In this document: positions 1 through 9,848 of the stretch, in pieces
How positions within the stretch are numbered: the stretch's first letter is position 1
Layout of the letters: each line of letters opens with the position of its first letter
Assembly: GCA_016699595.1 (NCBI GenBank)
Contig: CP064982.1
Location: 643,118-707,117 of the forward strand
Direction: 5' to 3'
DNA: 64,000 nt
From: a bacterium
GTDB lineage: Bacteria > Patescibacteriota > Dojkabacteria > GCA-016699595
Translations under genes and position numbers: made by a program
Notes under the pieces: model-generated
Database searches by the model: none
What the model saw: only the letters and a program-made list of their open reading frames with translations
What the model was told of the DNA's origin: nothing

Positions 1-2372
1 GGCACGACATTTTCCATTATTTTTTGCATTTTTTCTATATGTATTTGACGATCTTTCTCACTTAAAGTTACTTCAAAAACTAACTCATCATGAATCTGCA
101 AGAGCATCTTGACCTTGTCTTCCAATTTATTTGCTGTTATATATGCATAAACATCCCTCATAGCAAGTTTTGTCAAATCTGCACCACTACCTTGAATTGG
201 AAAATTCATCACCTCTCTTTGCACTTGAGAAACTATACCTTTGTTGTTAGAGTTTAGCATTGTTGTTTTTTTTCTCCTTCCTAGTATCGTCTCGATATAT
301 CCTTGAGCCTTTGCAATTTCAAACAGATTCTTATAATAATTCTTGATTGAATCATAATTATCAAAAAAGTCATCTATTATCCCTTTTGCTTCTACTTGGT
401 TTAAATTAAGAGAAATACCTAATGCTCTTGACCCTATCCCGTAAATAATTCCAAAGTTTATAGTTTTGGCTGTATTTCTTTGCTCTTTTGAAACGCTTTC
501 ATACTCAACATGAAATAGTTTTGAAGCAGTAACTTTGTGGATATCTAAACCTTGTTGAAATGCTTTAATCAAGGATTCTTCGTTGGCTAAGTAAGCTAGT
601 AACCTTATCTCCTGCTGTGAATAATCAAAACTCACTAAGTATGATTCTGGGTTCGACATATCAGCTACAAAACTCGCTTTGATTTGGTCAGCCAATTCAT
701 TGCCTTTTGGTATATTTTGCATATTCGGATTATTTGAAGAAAGTCGTCCAGTTACTACTTGCGCTTGGTTGTAGGTTGTATGTATTTTCTTATCAATCTG
801 CATTGAGTTTTTTAACCCTATAATGTATGTAGAATGTAACTTACTCAGTGTCCTGTACTCTAAAAGTTTTTCTATAATCGGATTGACTCCTAAATACTTT
901 TCTAAATCTTCTGCTGATGTTGCAAATTGCTTCGATTTACCTTTTCTCTTTAGTGGAATCCCTTGTTCCAAAGCCAAAGTATCACCTATTTGTTTTGGTG
1001 AATCCAAGTTTACTTCATGACCAATCAAAGCAAATATATCCTTCTTGAGTTCAGATACTTTTTGAACTATTTCATCTTCTACTATACTTAGGTTTGCTAT
1101 ATCAATGCAAATACCATTTAATTCCATCTCCAAAAGGATGTAAACTAATGGCATTTCAAGGTCATAAAACAACTTCTTCAGTTTGGCATTTGAACTTTTG
1201 TTTAATTCTTCCTCAATAGTGTGAAATAAATGCTCCAAGTCGTCATGACCATCGATGAAGATTTCCGCAGCTTCAGTATAACTCAATGGAGTTGAGAAGT
1301 TGATCAAAAAAGTTGCAAGCATTAGATCAAAAGATTTTTTGTTAGAGATCTTAAACTGTTGATACTCATCTAAATGCTCCTTAAAGTATTTTTTCAGATC
1401 CCAACCTACCAAGACATCTCCAATTAGAATTGGCTTTTCAACATTAACAGATAAAAGTACCTTGAGATCTTCCTTTTGATTTTTATTGTTTTGATTCATA
1501 GGCAGATTCTTCATTTTTCTAGCTTTATCTAGCAAACTTCTAAACTCAAACTTTCTAAAAGTATTTTCAACTTTTGCCAAATCAAATTCATAAAAATTAT
1601 GACTAATTATATCCTCAATATCAATATTCGTAGGCACATCTCTTTGTATAGTTGTAATTTGTTTGAATTTCATTGCCAATTCATATTGATCAATTAACTT
1701 ATTTGAGACTTTCGACTCTACTTGATCTATATTTATATAGATATTTTCAATAGTTTGAAATTGTTTGATTAGCTCAAGCGCAGTCTTCTCGCCTATACCT
1801 GCAATACCTGGGATATTATCTGAACTGTCACCTTTCAATGCCTTGAAATCAGGTAGTAAAAGTGGATCAAAACCTAGTTTTTGCTTGACTAAGGAAAGGT
1901 TTAGTAATCTTGATTGACTAAAAGATCTGCCAATCATGAAGATTGAAACATTCTCATTGACCAATTGATATTCATCATTATCCCCTGTCAGAATTATGAC
2001 CTGTTCATTGTTGGATAACTTTTGAGACAAAGTCCCAATAATGTCATCTGCTTCAAACCCATCAAGTTTGACTATTTTTACATCAAATGCAGCTACTATT
2101 TCTTCAACTAGAGAAAATTGAGCTGATAAAATATCATCCGTCTTTGATCTATTTGCCTTGTATCCAGAGTATTCTTGTGCTCGAAATGTTGGAGCTTTTG
2201 TATCAAATGCACAGATAACTCTATCTGGTTTCAGTTTTTCTATCGCTCCAAGTAACATTGATGTAAAGCCATATACTGCGTTTATAACTGTACCATCTTC
2301 TATGGTTAGAGTATCAGGGTAGGCATGAAAAGCTCTGTGAATAAGGGCGTGCGAATCAACGAGTAATATCAT
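1..2372 (-). CDS. polA: DNA polymerase I (5'-3' exonuclease N-terminus plus polymerase), truncated by the window edge
   Basis: The minus-strand frame is open from the ATG at 2370-2372 to position 1. It is absent from the ORF track because no stop lies inside the window. The N-terminus MILLVDSHALIHRAFHAYP..GTVINAVYGFTSMLL is the canonical Pol I 5'-3' exonuclease start. Confidence 0.85.
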   Translation of the reverse strand, partial: MILLVDSHALIHRAFHAYPDTLTIEDGTVINAVYGFTSMLLGAIEKLKPDRVICAFDTKAPTFRAQEYSGYKANRSKTDDILSAQFSLVEEIVAAFDVKIVKLDGFEADDIIGTLSQKLSNNEQVIILTGDNDEYQLVNENVSIFMIGRSFSQSRLLNLSLVKQKLGFDPLLLPDFKALKGDSSDNIPGIAGIGEKTALELIKQFQTIENIYINIDQVESKVSNKLIDQYELAMKFKQITTIQRDVPTNIDIEDIISHNFYEFDLAKVENTFRKFEFRSLLDKARKMKNLPMNQNNKNQKEDLKVLLSVNVEKPILIGDVLVGWDLKKYFKEHLDEYQQFKISNKKSFDLMLATFLINFSTPLSYTEAAEIFIDGHDDLEHLFHTIEEELNKSSNAKLKKLFYDLEMPLVYILLEMELNGICIDIANLSIVEDEIVQKVSELKKDIFALIGHEVNLDSPKQIGDTLALEQGIPLKRKGKSKQFATSAEDLEKYLGVNPIIEKLLEYRTLSKLHSTYIIGLKNSMQIDKKIHTTYNQAQVVTGRLSSNNPNMQNIPKGNELADQIKASFVADMSNPESYLVSFDYSQQEIRLLAYLANEESLIKAFQQGLDIHKVTASKLFHVEYESVSKEQRNTAKTINFGIIYGIGSRALGISLNLNQVEAKGIIDDFFDNYDSIKNYYKNLFEIAKAQGYIETILGRRKKTTMLNSNNKGIVSQVQREVMNFPIQGSGADLTKLAMRDVYAYITANKLEDKVKMLLQIHDELVFEVTLSEKDRQIHIEKMQKIMENVV

Positions 2373-2384
2373 AATTTGATTTTA

Positions 2385-3728
2385 TCACTTTTGCTTAGTA
2401 TAAAGAAAGATTGCAGCAAATGAAGTAGCAACTAAAACTGCAAGTATAATCAAAGGTGAGTTATTGATAGATTTACTCTTGACATGAGTTGCATCAAATT
2501 GACCTAATACATCATCTACCTCGTCGTTCTCTGTCAAAGTTTTCACATACGATTCATCAGACAAATCCAATCCTCGTTTATCCAAACTATTTGGGTCCAA
2601 AGAAATTTGGCTGTTGTTTTGACTTATATGTGAATTTAGTATATTCTTAATGCTTGTAGAGGACGAATTATTACTTGTAGTTTTTGCTACCTTTGCGTTA
2701 TCAAGATTACAAGGTTGTAAGGTATTCGCAGAGAATGCAGTTGGCTTGCAAGTCATTTTCAAAGTTCCATCAATTCTTATCCAGGATGCACCAGAATCTA
2801 TTTCTCCGTAATTAAGACTATCTATCAAACTGTTGTCATAGTAAATGTAAATAGTGTCTCCAGCATTATTGAGCGAAAATTTTGGAAAAAGTTGTAAATA
2901 CAAGCCAGGTTTAAGTAAAACCTTTTCAGGAACAAAGTTACCTCCTGATTCGTCTTTAAATGCTAAACTTGAGATATCTATATCTCGAGCTGTATTATTT
3001 TTGATTTCAAACCATTCTTTTTCTCCTAGCTTAGTGTCTGGTGACGGATACACCTCTGTAATGTTTACCTCTCCTGTCCTTACACCTTGGTCCATTGAGC
3101 TCAAACTATTAACAGACTGGGTAGATGTACTCGACATACTGTACTTGTCCATAGGAATACCATCTATAGACCAATTTGCTAATTCATCATTGCCCAAAAC
3201 ATCAATCTTTTTGAAAATCTTTCCTTGTCCATAATTATTTGTCCATACAAACCTAGACTGAAGAATCTCTACATTGTTCATTTTTAGTTTAATTACCACT
3301 TCATCTGAAGAATTTGCCAGTCCGTTTCCGAGGGTAGGACCAGCTGTCCAAAAAAGATAAGTACTTGAGTTTGGAATATCTATAGTGTTGCAGTTCGAAT
3401 CAAGAATCACTGCTTTTTCATTGGGATTTATGATACTTCCAGTTACTTCAATAAAGTCAGGAATATTCGGAGTAGAGTCCTTTATCAAATCCGTAGACTT
3501 GTTATCAGTAAGTGTAAGATCATTATTGACTATGTCTATAGTTTGATTTGAAATATTTTGGATAATTACATATTCACAATCTTGATTTACGGGGTTAGGA
3601 GATATCTCGATTAGCTTGAATATATTTTCTGCCTCAGTAGCAAAATAATTAGTTCGAAACAATAAAATTAGTAGCAAAAACAGAATACAAAATTGTATAG
3701 TTGAAAATTTTTGGAATTTTTTGTTCAT
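2385..3728 (-). CDS. secreted and C-terminally anchored protein with two lamin-tail-domain (LTD)-like segments
   Basis: N-terminal signal/TM (ILFLLLILLF) and a C-terminal TM (IILAVLVATSFAAIFLY) plus KQK tail. Two segments look like LTD motifs: IEISPNP..CEYVIIQNISNQTIDI..DLTL and ITEVYPSP..EKEWFEIKNNTARDIDISSLAF. Confidence 0.5.
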   Translation of the reverse strand: MNKKFQKFSTIQFCILFLLLILLFRTNYFATEAENIFKLIEISPNPVNQDCEYVIIQNISNQTIDIVNNDLTLTDNKSTDLIKDSTPNIPDFIEVTGSIINPNEKAVILDSNCNTIDIPNSSTYLFWTAGPTLGNGLANSSDEVVIKLKMNNVEILQSRFVWTNNYGQGKIFKKIDVLGNDELANWSIDGIPMDKYSMSSTSTQSVNSLSSMDQGVRTGEVNITEVYPSPDTKLGEKEWFEIKNNTARDIDISSLAFKDESGGNFVPEKVLLKPGLYLQLFPKFSLNNAGDTIYIYYDNSLIDSLNYGEIDSGASWIRIDGTLKMTCKPTAFSANTLQPCNLDNAKVAKTTSNNSSSTSIKNILNSHISQNNSQISLDPNSLDKRGLDLSDESYVKTLTENDEVDDVLGQFDATHVKSKSINNSPLIILAVLVATSFAAIFLYTKQK

Positions 3729-3765
3729 TCCTAAATTTTGATTAATTTTTGCTGATCAAACAATG

Positions 3766-4770
3766 TCAAAAACCTGCAGCCTTTCTTGTTTCCTTAATAA
3801 CTTCTGATATAAGTTTTTCATCAGATGAGAACTTATCTTTCATTGCTTCTTTCCCATTCGCGAGTTTTTCATCTTTGAAGCTAAACCAAGATCCAGACTT
3901 TGTCAAAATACTTTGAGATACAGCTGCATCTATAAGAGAAGAGATTTTGTCAATTCCATTTGGATATATCATATCAAATTCTGCTTCTTTGAATGGTGGG
4001 GCCATTTTATTTTTAATGACCTTGACTCTGCAAACATGACCTATGACTTGATCACCTTTTGAAATTTTCTCTATCTTTCTTATGTCCAACCTTACAGAAG
4101 CGTAAAACTTCAAAGCATTACCTCCAGTAGTGGTTTCTGGATTGCCGAACATTATTCCAATTTTCATCCTGAGCTGATTTAGAAAAACAATTGTAGTTCC
4201 GGCCTTACTTGATATAGAAGTTACCTTTCGCAATGCTTGTGACATCATTCTCGCTTGTAAACCCATGTGACTATCTCCCATATCACCTTCGATTTCTGCC
4301 TTTGGTGTTAGCGCGGCCACCGAATCAACGACTATAATATCAAATGCACCAGATTGAACGAACTTTTCCAATATGTCAAGACCTTGTTCTCCATAATCTG
4401 GTTGCGACAGGTACATATTATCTACATCAACTCCTATATTTTTTGCATAATTTACATCAAGTGCATGCTCTGCATCAATGAATGCTGCAACTCCACCTTT
4501 CTTTTGTGCCTCTGCAATTATATGCAGTGCTAGTGTAGTTTTGCCAGAACTCTCTGGACCATATATTTCAACAATCCTACCTCGCGGAATTCCTCCAATA
4601 CCCAGAGCAATGTCAAGTGATAAAGCGCCAGTAGATATCGCTTCAATATGCTCAATAGGTTTATCACCTAGTTTCATAACCGCTCCTTTGCCATATGATT
4701 TTTCCACTACACTCAATGTAGCTTCAATAGCTTTAAGTTTATTTGAGTCAATTTTTACTTTATCTGACAT
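3766..4770 (-). CDS. recA: recombinase RecA
   Basis: The conserved block [49 protein letters not shown] aligns with RecA from the Met at 4770. The ORF track extends to 4842 through an upstream in-frame Met. The stop codon is TGA. Confidence 0.95.
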   Translation of the reverse strand: MSDKVKIDSNKLKAIEATLSVVEKSYGKGAVMKLGDKPIEHIEAISTGALSLDIALGIGGIPRGRIVEIYGPESSGKTTLALHIIAEAQKKGGVAAFIDAEHALDVNYAKNIGVDVDNMYLSQPDYGEQGLDILEKFVQSGAFDIIVVDSVAALTPKAEIEGDMGDSHMGLQARMMSQALRKVTSISSKAGTTIVFLNQLRMKIGIMFGNPETTTGGNALKFYASVRLDIRKIEKISKGDQVIGHVCRVKVIKNKMAPPFKEAEFDMIYPNGIDKISSLIDAAVSQSILTKSGSWFSFKDEKLANGKEAMKDKFSSDEKLISEVIKETRKAAGF

Positions 4771-4795
4771 ATACTTTTTGTTTATTAAGTTTGTT

Positions 4796-7126
4796 TTAAG
4801 AATGATTAATATTTGCTTGCCTCTTATACAAGGAAATTCCAAAACTAAATATTATTGAAGATAATATCAGATTTGGCAAACTACTTGCACCAGTTTCTCC
4901 TAGTATAGCACCTCCATCACCATTTCCTGTATCTGTCACTCCCAACACCGCAGGATTTGTTACAGTAACTGTATCTGAACTTGTATTATTAGCAGGATCT
5001 AGATCGCCACAAGCAAAGTAAACAGATGCTACATTCGTTGATGTTGTTTGAGTTTGATTTGTTATACTTACATTTATATTTATTTGAGATACTTCATTCA
5101 ACTGCATCGACGAATTTCTTGTGCAAGTAACATTTTGACCAACTGCTCCACAAACCCAACCGTTACCAGCATATGATAAAAATTGCATACCTAAAGGCAA
5201 TGTATCATTCACAATAATCGGTCCATTTGCTACATTGGGACCATAGTTACTCACTGAGAGTGTAAATGTTCCTGATTGGCCTTTCACGAAATTACCTATA
5301 TGAGATTTGATTAAGTTCAAGTTAGTATTCAGACAAACATTTCCAGCGCTAGATGTTGAATTTGTGTTTGCAGTTTGTGTACCTGCTACGTCCCCACTAC
5401 TGGTAGTAGTGACTGTTAGTGAAGAAGTATTTGCAACTTGAGTAGTATTTGTACTATTTACAGTATTAGTAGAAGCATTCGAAACTGAGGATGACATTGA
5501 TCCTGATTCACTAGTATTAGTTAAGTCGGAGGTATTTTGACTTGCTACACTTGATAACGAGTTGGTTGCTGAAGAACAGCTGCTTTGACACCTCACGCAA
5601 TTATTAACAATATTATTAATATTCTCAATATTTAGATTGTTATTATTGCCTATTATATTTATGTAAAAAACAGTAGTAGTCGCCATGTTTGAACAAGAAT
5701 TCTGACAAGTCATTTGATTACAAGTATTTTGCGAGCCAGCTATTTCTGATGAAATTGTACTAGTAGAATTTGCAGATATTGATGTACTTGTAGCTGTCCC
5801 TACTGAACTAAGTGTAGAATTACTTGTTGCAGAAGAATCTAAACTACTTACACTTGTACTGTTGATTTGAGTTGATGTATTACTAGATGTTGTAGAGCAA
5901 GAGCAATTACTAATTGTTGAACATTGAGCTTCATTCTCACAATTATTACAACAAGAATTTCCACAATAGTTATTCTCAAAGTGTTGATTTACTTCATTAT
6001 CATCACCAATAACAACTGCACCTTGAAAATTACCGCCGAAGTTGATATTTATTGGGTAAATCGAATTTATAGATGTTGAAGCGAATTGCGATGTTGAGGA
6101 GGTCATTGTAGAAACGGTAGAAACCGAACTAGTAGAAGATCCTGAACTATTCATACTACTTAGAGTCGAAGTCACAGTAACTGCACTTGATGCTGAGTCA
6201 GATGAAGTACTTGCTGTACAAACATTTGCAGTGACTAGTGTAGGGCCTATAAATGATATATTTTCATCAGTACCTTGTGTTGAAGATATACCTGCTACTT
6301 CGAACGGTAGTTCACCTTCTACATTTGTACTATTGACCGTATCATCGTCCCCAACAATTACAAGCATTTTTGATACTTTCGTTGAATCATCGGCTAGAAA
6401 TCCAATCCACCTTGTTGTTTTATTTCCACAACCTACATAATAGTTTTCTGAACTAGTCGAACCACACAGAGATTGATTTGAAGTACTTGTCGCTATGTTG
6501 GCATTTCCAATCTCATCATTGTCTTCATTATAATATTTAACAAATGCCAATGCTCCACCAAATACATCTGGATTTCGCGTTTCAAGATCTCCGAACCATG
6601 TACCAAATGCACTTACTGGACTAGAAAAACTAAACAAAAATCCAATTCTATTTCCATCTTCTGCATTTAGCAATTCATTTACATAACAACTATTATCCAC
6701 AAGGGATTGTGGTCTTGGAGAACTATCTTGAAGTATACTAGAATTTCCACATCCTGAAACTTTGCTATTCCAGTCACTGGTTCGATTTATCATATTCTGC
6801 GTCGAATCTATTTCAACAACCTGAACATGAACAGAAACTCCGTTTGCAACTACTAAATTTGTACCATCAAAAGAGTCATTTAGCAGTTTACGAGTGATCA
6901 GTGTTGAATTCTCTCCGTTGCATTGATACAATTCAGTTACATCTGAATACCACTCATTGTCTAAATCATCAACAGCACTGCGTATTGACTGTGTATTTGA
7001 ACCATTACCAACTTCATTGGATATATAGGATGTTACTGCAGCTTGAGATTGAGACGGAAACAAAATCGTGAATGCAGAAAAAAGCAAAAATGTATACGAT
7101 ATTGTTTGGACAGTTTTTTTGAACAT
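4796..7126 (-). CDS. large secreted Ser/Thr-rich, Cys-rich surface protein with a DUF11-type repeat domain and a C-terminal LPN-type anchor
   Basis: Signal peptide [29 protein letters not shown]. Long S/T-rich tracts. Cys clusters ([18 protein letters not shown]). DUF11-like segment [49 protein letters not shown]-terminus ...[25 protein letters not shown]. Confidence 0.7.
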   Translation of the reverse strand: MFKKTVQTISYTFLLFSAFTILFPSQSQAAVTSYISNEVGNGSNTQSIRSAVDDLDNEWYSDVTELYQCNGENSTLITRKLLNDSFDGTNLVVANGVSVHVQVVEIDSTQNMINRTSDWNSKVSGCGNSSILQDSSPRPQSLVDNSCYVNELLNAEDGNRIGFLFSFSSPVSAFGTWFGDLETRNPDVFGGALAFVKYYNEDNDEIGNANIATSTSNQSLCGSTSSENYYVGCGNKTTRWIGFLADDSTKVSKMLVIVGDDDTVNSTNVEGELPFEVAGISSTQGTDENISFIGPTLVTANVCTASTSSDSASSAVTVTSTLSSMNSSGSSTSSVSTVSTMTSSTSQFASTSINSIYPININFGGNFQGAVVIGDDNEVNQHFENNYCGNSCCNNCENEAQCSTISNCSCSTTSSNTSTQINSTSVSSLDSSATSNSTLSSVGTATSTSISANSTSTISSEIAGSQNTCNQMTCQNSCSNMATTTVFYINIIGNNNNLNIENINNIVNNCVRCQSSCSSATNSLSSVASQNTSDLTNTSESGSMSSSVSNASTNTVNSTNTTQVANTSSLTVTTTSSGDVAGTQTANTNSTSSAGNVCLNTNLNLIKSHIGNFVKGQSGTFTLSVSNYGPNVANGPIIVNDTLPLGMQFLSYAGNGWVCGAVGQNVTCTRNSSMQLNEVSQININVSITNQTQTTSTNVASVYFACGDLDPANNTSSDTVTVTNPAVLGVTDTGNGDGGAILGETGASSLPNLILSSIIFSFGISLYKRQANINHS

Positions 7127-7185
7127 AATAAAGTTTTCTACCTAACAAACTTGGGGAACTTGTTCGGCAGCTAATAAATAAATTG

Positions 7186-9417
7186 TTAATTTGATCTTTC
7201 AACTTTTTCTATAAATTGAATATCCTTTTTTAATGTATGTAAATTCATTTTTGTAACTATTGATAATACAAAGATCAATCCTACGACAAAAAATACAAAA
7301 CCCTTTTTCGAACTATCAGTAATTGCTGAGTTTGGTAATGTACTACTCGAAGTTATATTCACTGAACTAGCCAAACTTGTCAGTAATGAACTTCTTGTAT
7401 CACTCATGGATGATGTACTAACCTCACTTGAAACTGAACTAGACATTGAAGTGATATCGGTACAACTAGCAGAACAATTTACACTCAAACCACCATTGAC
7501 TCCATTGCATGACCAATTCGCTGTTCCATTATTAAATGTTGAAATATTACTTGATACCCCCTTTTGACATAAATCATATAAAGCTCTTGAACAAGAACCA
7601 ACTGAACCATTTGCTCCTCCGCAAAGACCATCGACCGGAGTACTAACTACATCGATATTCCACCCGTCACAATTATCGTAGTTATCATAGTTATTGACTG
7701 TATTGATAGGGTTGGAAACTACATCACAATTAATGTCTGTAGTATCAATTTCTCCACCTCCTGAGACACTAGCTACGTTTGAAATATTACCAATAAATCC
7801 TGTGTTTATGTTTGCAACAACTGTAATTATGGAATTTTGATTCACTCCTAATGCTTGACTTCTTGTACATGTAATATCATTACCTACATTACTACAATTC
7901 CAGTTAGTTCCACTAGCACTAACGAAAGTCAGTGTAGAAGGAAGATTTTCTGTAACTACTATTGGACTATTTGTTGCAACCTGACCTACATTCAGAACCT
8001 TAAGTTGGTAACTTACTTGTCCGCCTGTGGTGACATTTGTATCTGAAGTCTTTTGTATTATCAAATTTGGGTACTGAGCAACTGGAGTACTAGTAGTTGA
8101 GCTAGTTGCTGGTGTACTTGTTGGTGTTGAGCTTGAGACTGGGTTACTGCAACTAGCAGAACAATTTGCACTTGTTCCACCATTTGTTCCACTGCATGTC
8201 CATGAAACAGTTCCATTGGAGAACGTAGGATTTGCAGGATTTGCTGTCCCCTGTGCACATAGTGGTGTGAGAGTTCTGCTACATGATCCACTAGTTCCAT
8301 TTGCACTTCCACATACTCCATTGACTGGAGTTGGTGGTTTCAAACAACTAGCAGAACAATTTGCACTTGTTCCACCATTTGTTCCACTGCATGTCCATGA
8401 AACAGTTCCTCCATTTTGTGGGTATGAAATTGTTTCACTACCAGCATTACCTGGGTTACATAGATCTCCTGTAGGTATACTAGTGCCACATGTCCCTGTT
8501 CCTCCATTTGCACTTCCACATACTGCATTTATTGGAGTTTGCGTAATTGTCAGCGTCCAACCGTCACAATTATCTTGATTATTATCATTATTACTGTCAT
8601 TATCACCTTCTAGGTCTGCATCGCATGCCCAGTCAGTAGTATCACCATCTGTTGTATCGGTTGAATCTATAATTCTTGCATGGTCAACAATAGTATGGTT
8701 TACTGGTGCATTATCATTGATCTTCACATATACCTTTACAACTGTATCCCATACATTTATTGAAGGTACATATTGTTTTGTCGTTGTACATACTACTCTA
8801 TGATTTGGATTGTTGGGTGGATTTGGATCGTACTTTGTACATGTCCATCCAGTTCCTGCTACTAGTGATTGGTATGTATAGTATTCTCCTTGGACGGGTG
8901 CTTCTAGAACTGTAATTGTTCCATTTGTAGAAGCATTACCTATATTTGATATTTTCACTGTGTATTCAATTGTATCACCTGCTTTTGCTGAGCTTGCATT
9001 ACCTTGCTTTTGTATTATCAAGTTTGGCTTTGTAACAACTTGTGTACATGATTTGCCTGTTGTACACATAGCAGATACTGTCATTCCATCGGACGGTCTT
9101 GCTAGATTACAAGATACACCTGAGTTGGTAACGTATCCACTAGGTTTATATTCGGTAACATCAATTATTCCCCAGTCTAGTTGAACAGATCCACATCTAT
9201 CATATGGAGCTGTAGAGTTCATTGGATAATTTCTCCCGACTGTAATATTTTTTGTTTCTCCTGCTTGTAGCGTGATCTTTTGAACTGATTTATCGTTTTG
9301 GCCTGGATTTTGATCGCATGAGAAGTATTGATTATCTTGATCATCCCAGTGACTACCGTATTGTGACATACAAGAGTATGTCATTGATTCATTGTGGCAG
9401 TTTACCGTATCTAACAT
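7186..9417 (-). CDS. large Cys-rich repeat surface protein (two DUF11-like domains, three ~60-aa six-Cys repeats, S/T stalk, LPNSA + TM anchor); probably the 3' part of a frameshift-split gene
   Basis: Repeats of the form ...CGSANGGTGTCG..LCNPG..GTVSWTCSGTNGGTSANCSASC occur three times. DUF11-like blocks: GDTIEYTVKISNIGNAST.. and GGQVSYQLKVLNVGQVATNSPIVVTENLPSTLTFV.. C-terminus: SSSTLPNSAITDSSKKGFVFFVVGLIFVLSIVTK. No signal peptide at the annotated Met, and a TAG lies in frame just upstream. Confidence 0.65.
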   Translation of the reverse strand: MLDTVNCHNESMTYSCMSQYGSHWDDQDNQYFSCDQNPGQNDKSVQKITLQAGETKNITVGRNYPMNSTAPYDRCGSVQLDWGIIDVTEYKPSGYVTNSGVSCNLARPSDGMTVSAMCTTGKSCTQVVTKPNLIIQKQGNASSAKAGDTIEYTVKISNIGNASTNGTITVLEAPVQGEYYTYQSLVAGTGWTCTKYDPNPPNNPNHRVVCTTTKQYVPSINVWDTVVKVYVKINDNAPVNHTIVDHARIIDSTDTTDGDTTDWACDADLEGDNDSNNDNNQDNCDGWTLTITQTPINAVCGSANGGTGTCGTSIPTGDLCNPGNAGSETISYPQNGGTVSWTCSGTNGGTSANCSASCLKPPTPVNGVCGSANGTSGSCSRTLTPLCAQGTANPANPTFSNGTVSWTCSGTNGGTSANCSASCSNPVSSSTPTSTPATSSTTSTPVAQYPNLIIQKTSDTNVTTGGQVSYQLKVLNVGQVATNSPIVVTENLPSTLTFVSASGTNWNCSNVGNDITCTRSQALGVNQNSIITVVANINTGFIGNISNVASVSGGGEIDTTDINCDVVSNPINTVNNYDNYDNCDGWNIDVVSTPVDGLCGGANGSVGSCSRALYDLCQKGVSSNISTFNNGTANWSCNGVNGGLSVNCSASCTDITSMSSSVSSEVSTSSMSDTRSSLLTSLASSVNITSSSTLPNSAITDSSKKGFVFFVVGLIFVLSIVTKMNLHTLKKDIQFIEKVERSN
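8110..8540. repeat. two tandem ~195-bp (65-codon) near-identical repeat units inside the surface-protein gene, with a third diverged unit near 7440-7640
   Basis: A 64-nt identical stretch, aactagcagaacaatttgcacttgttccaccatttgttccactgcatgtccatgaaacagttcc, occurs at ~8151 and ~8347. The repeats also generate mirrored spurious ORFs on both strands (8061-8321, 8216-8578, 8340-8528). Confidence 0.75.
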
Positions 9418-9778
9418 CTATTGTATAGCCAGTTGTATTTCTCAAAGACAAAGTTTGAGTTAGGGAATCATTACTGTTGTTTCTTGTTCCACATCTATAT
9501 GCATCTTCTTTACTATATATCCCTCCAGATTGTGGGTCTCCGTAAAAACTACAGCCAGAATTACAATTATCTGATACTGATTCTATCTTCACTCCACATG
9601 TAATATTACTAGCAGGTGTAGGTATCTCTACTGCCCTCCCACTAAATGCTGAAGGTCGATCGGGAGCAATATTTTGCTTTCTTAAAATATTACTAATAAC
9701 AAGAAAACTTGCAACTAGAAGAATCAGAAAGATTATGAGTAAAACCAAAGATAATTTTCGTTTGTTTAAATGCAACAT
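9389..9778 (-). pseudogene. signal-peptide-bearing 5' fragment (129 aa), probably the N-terminal part of the 7186-9417 surface protein separated by a +1/-2 frame change
   Basis: MLHLNKRKLSLVLLIIFLILLVASFLVISN is a signal/anchor. It overlaps the downstream ORF by 29 nt in a different frame. The downstream ORF has no signal peptide although it has a C-terminal sorting-type anchor. Confidence 0.45.
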
Positions 9779-9848
9779 CTTGAGCAGTGTTTAATTTTAC
9801 GAGTAATTTTTGTAGTTTATATTTTTATTTTACAAATGTCAATAAAAA

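Noticed and set aside
823-1020. 65-aa plus-strand ORF inside polA
   Set aside because: It lies antisense within the continuous polA reading frame and has no motif. It is a shadow ORF.
8061-8578. Three mutually similar short ORFs on both strands (8061-8321, 8216-8578, 8340-8528)
   Set aside because: They are alternative-frame and antisense readings of the tandem Cys-rich repeat DNA inside the 743-aa surface-protein gene. Their mutual similarity only reflects the DNA repeat.
9389-9417. Programmed +1 ribosomal frameshift joining the 129-aa and 743-aa ORFs
   Set aside because: A +1 shift at the CAA-UGA stop would give the right frame. The P-site codon CAA is not a known shifty codon and there is no upstream SD-like stimulator. 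An indel or pseudogene is more parsimonious. The frame change is kept as a finding.
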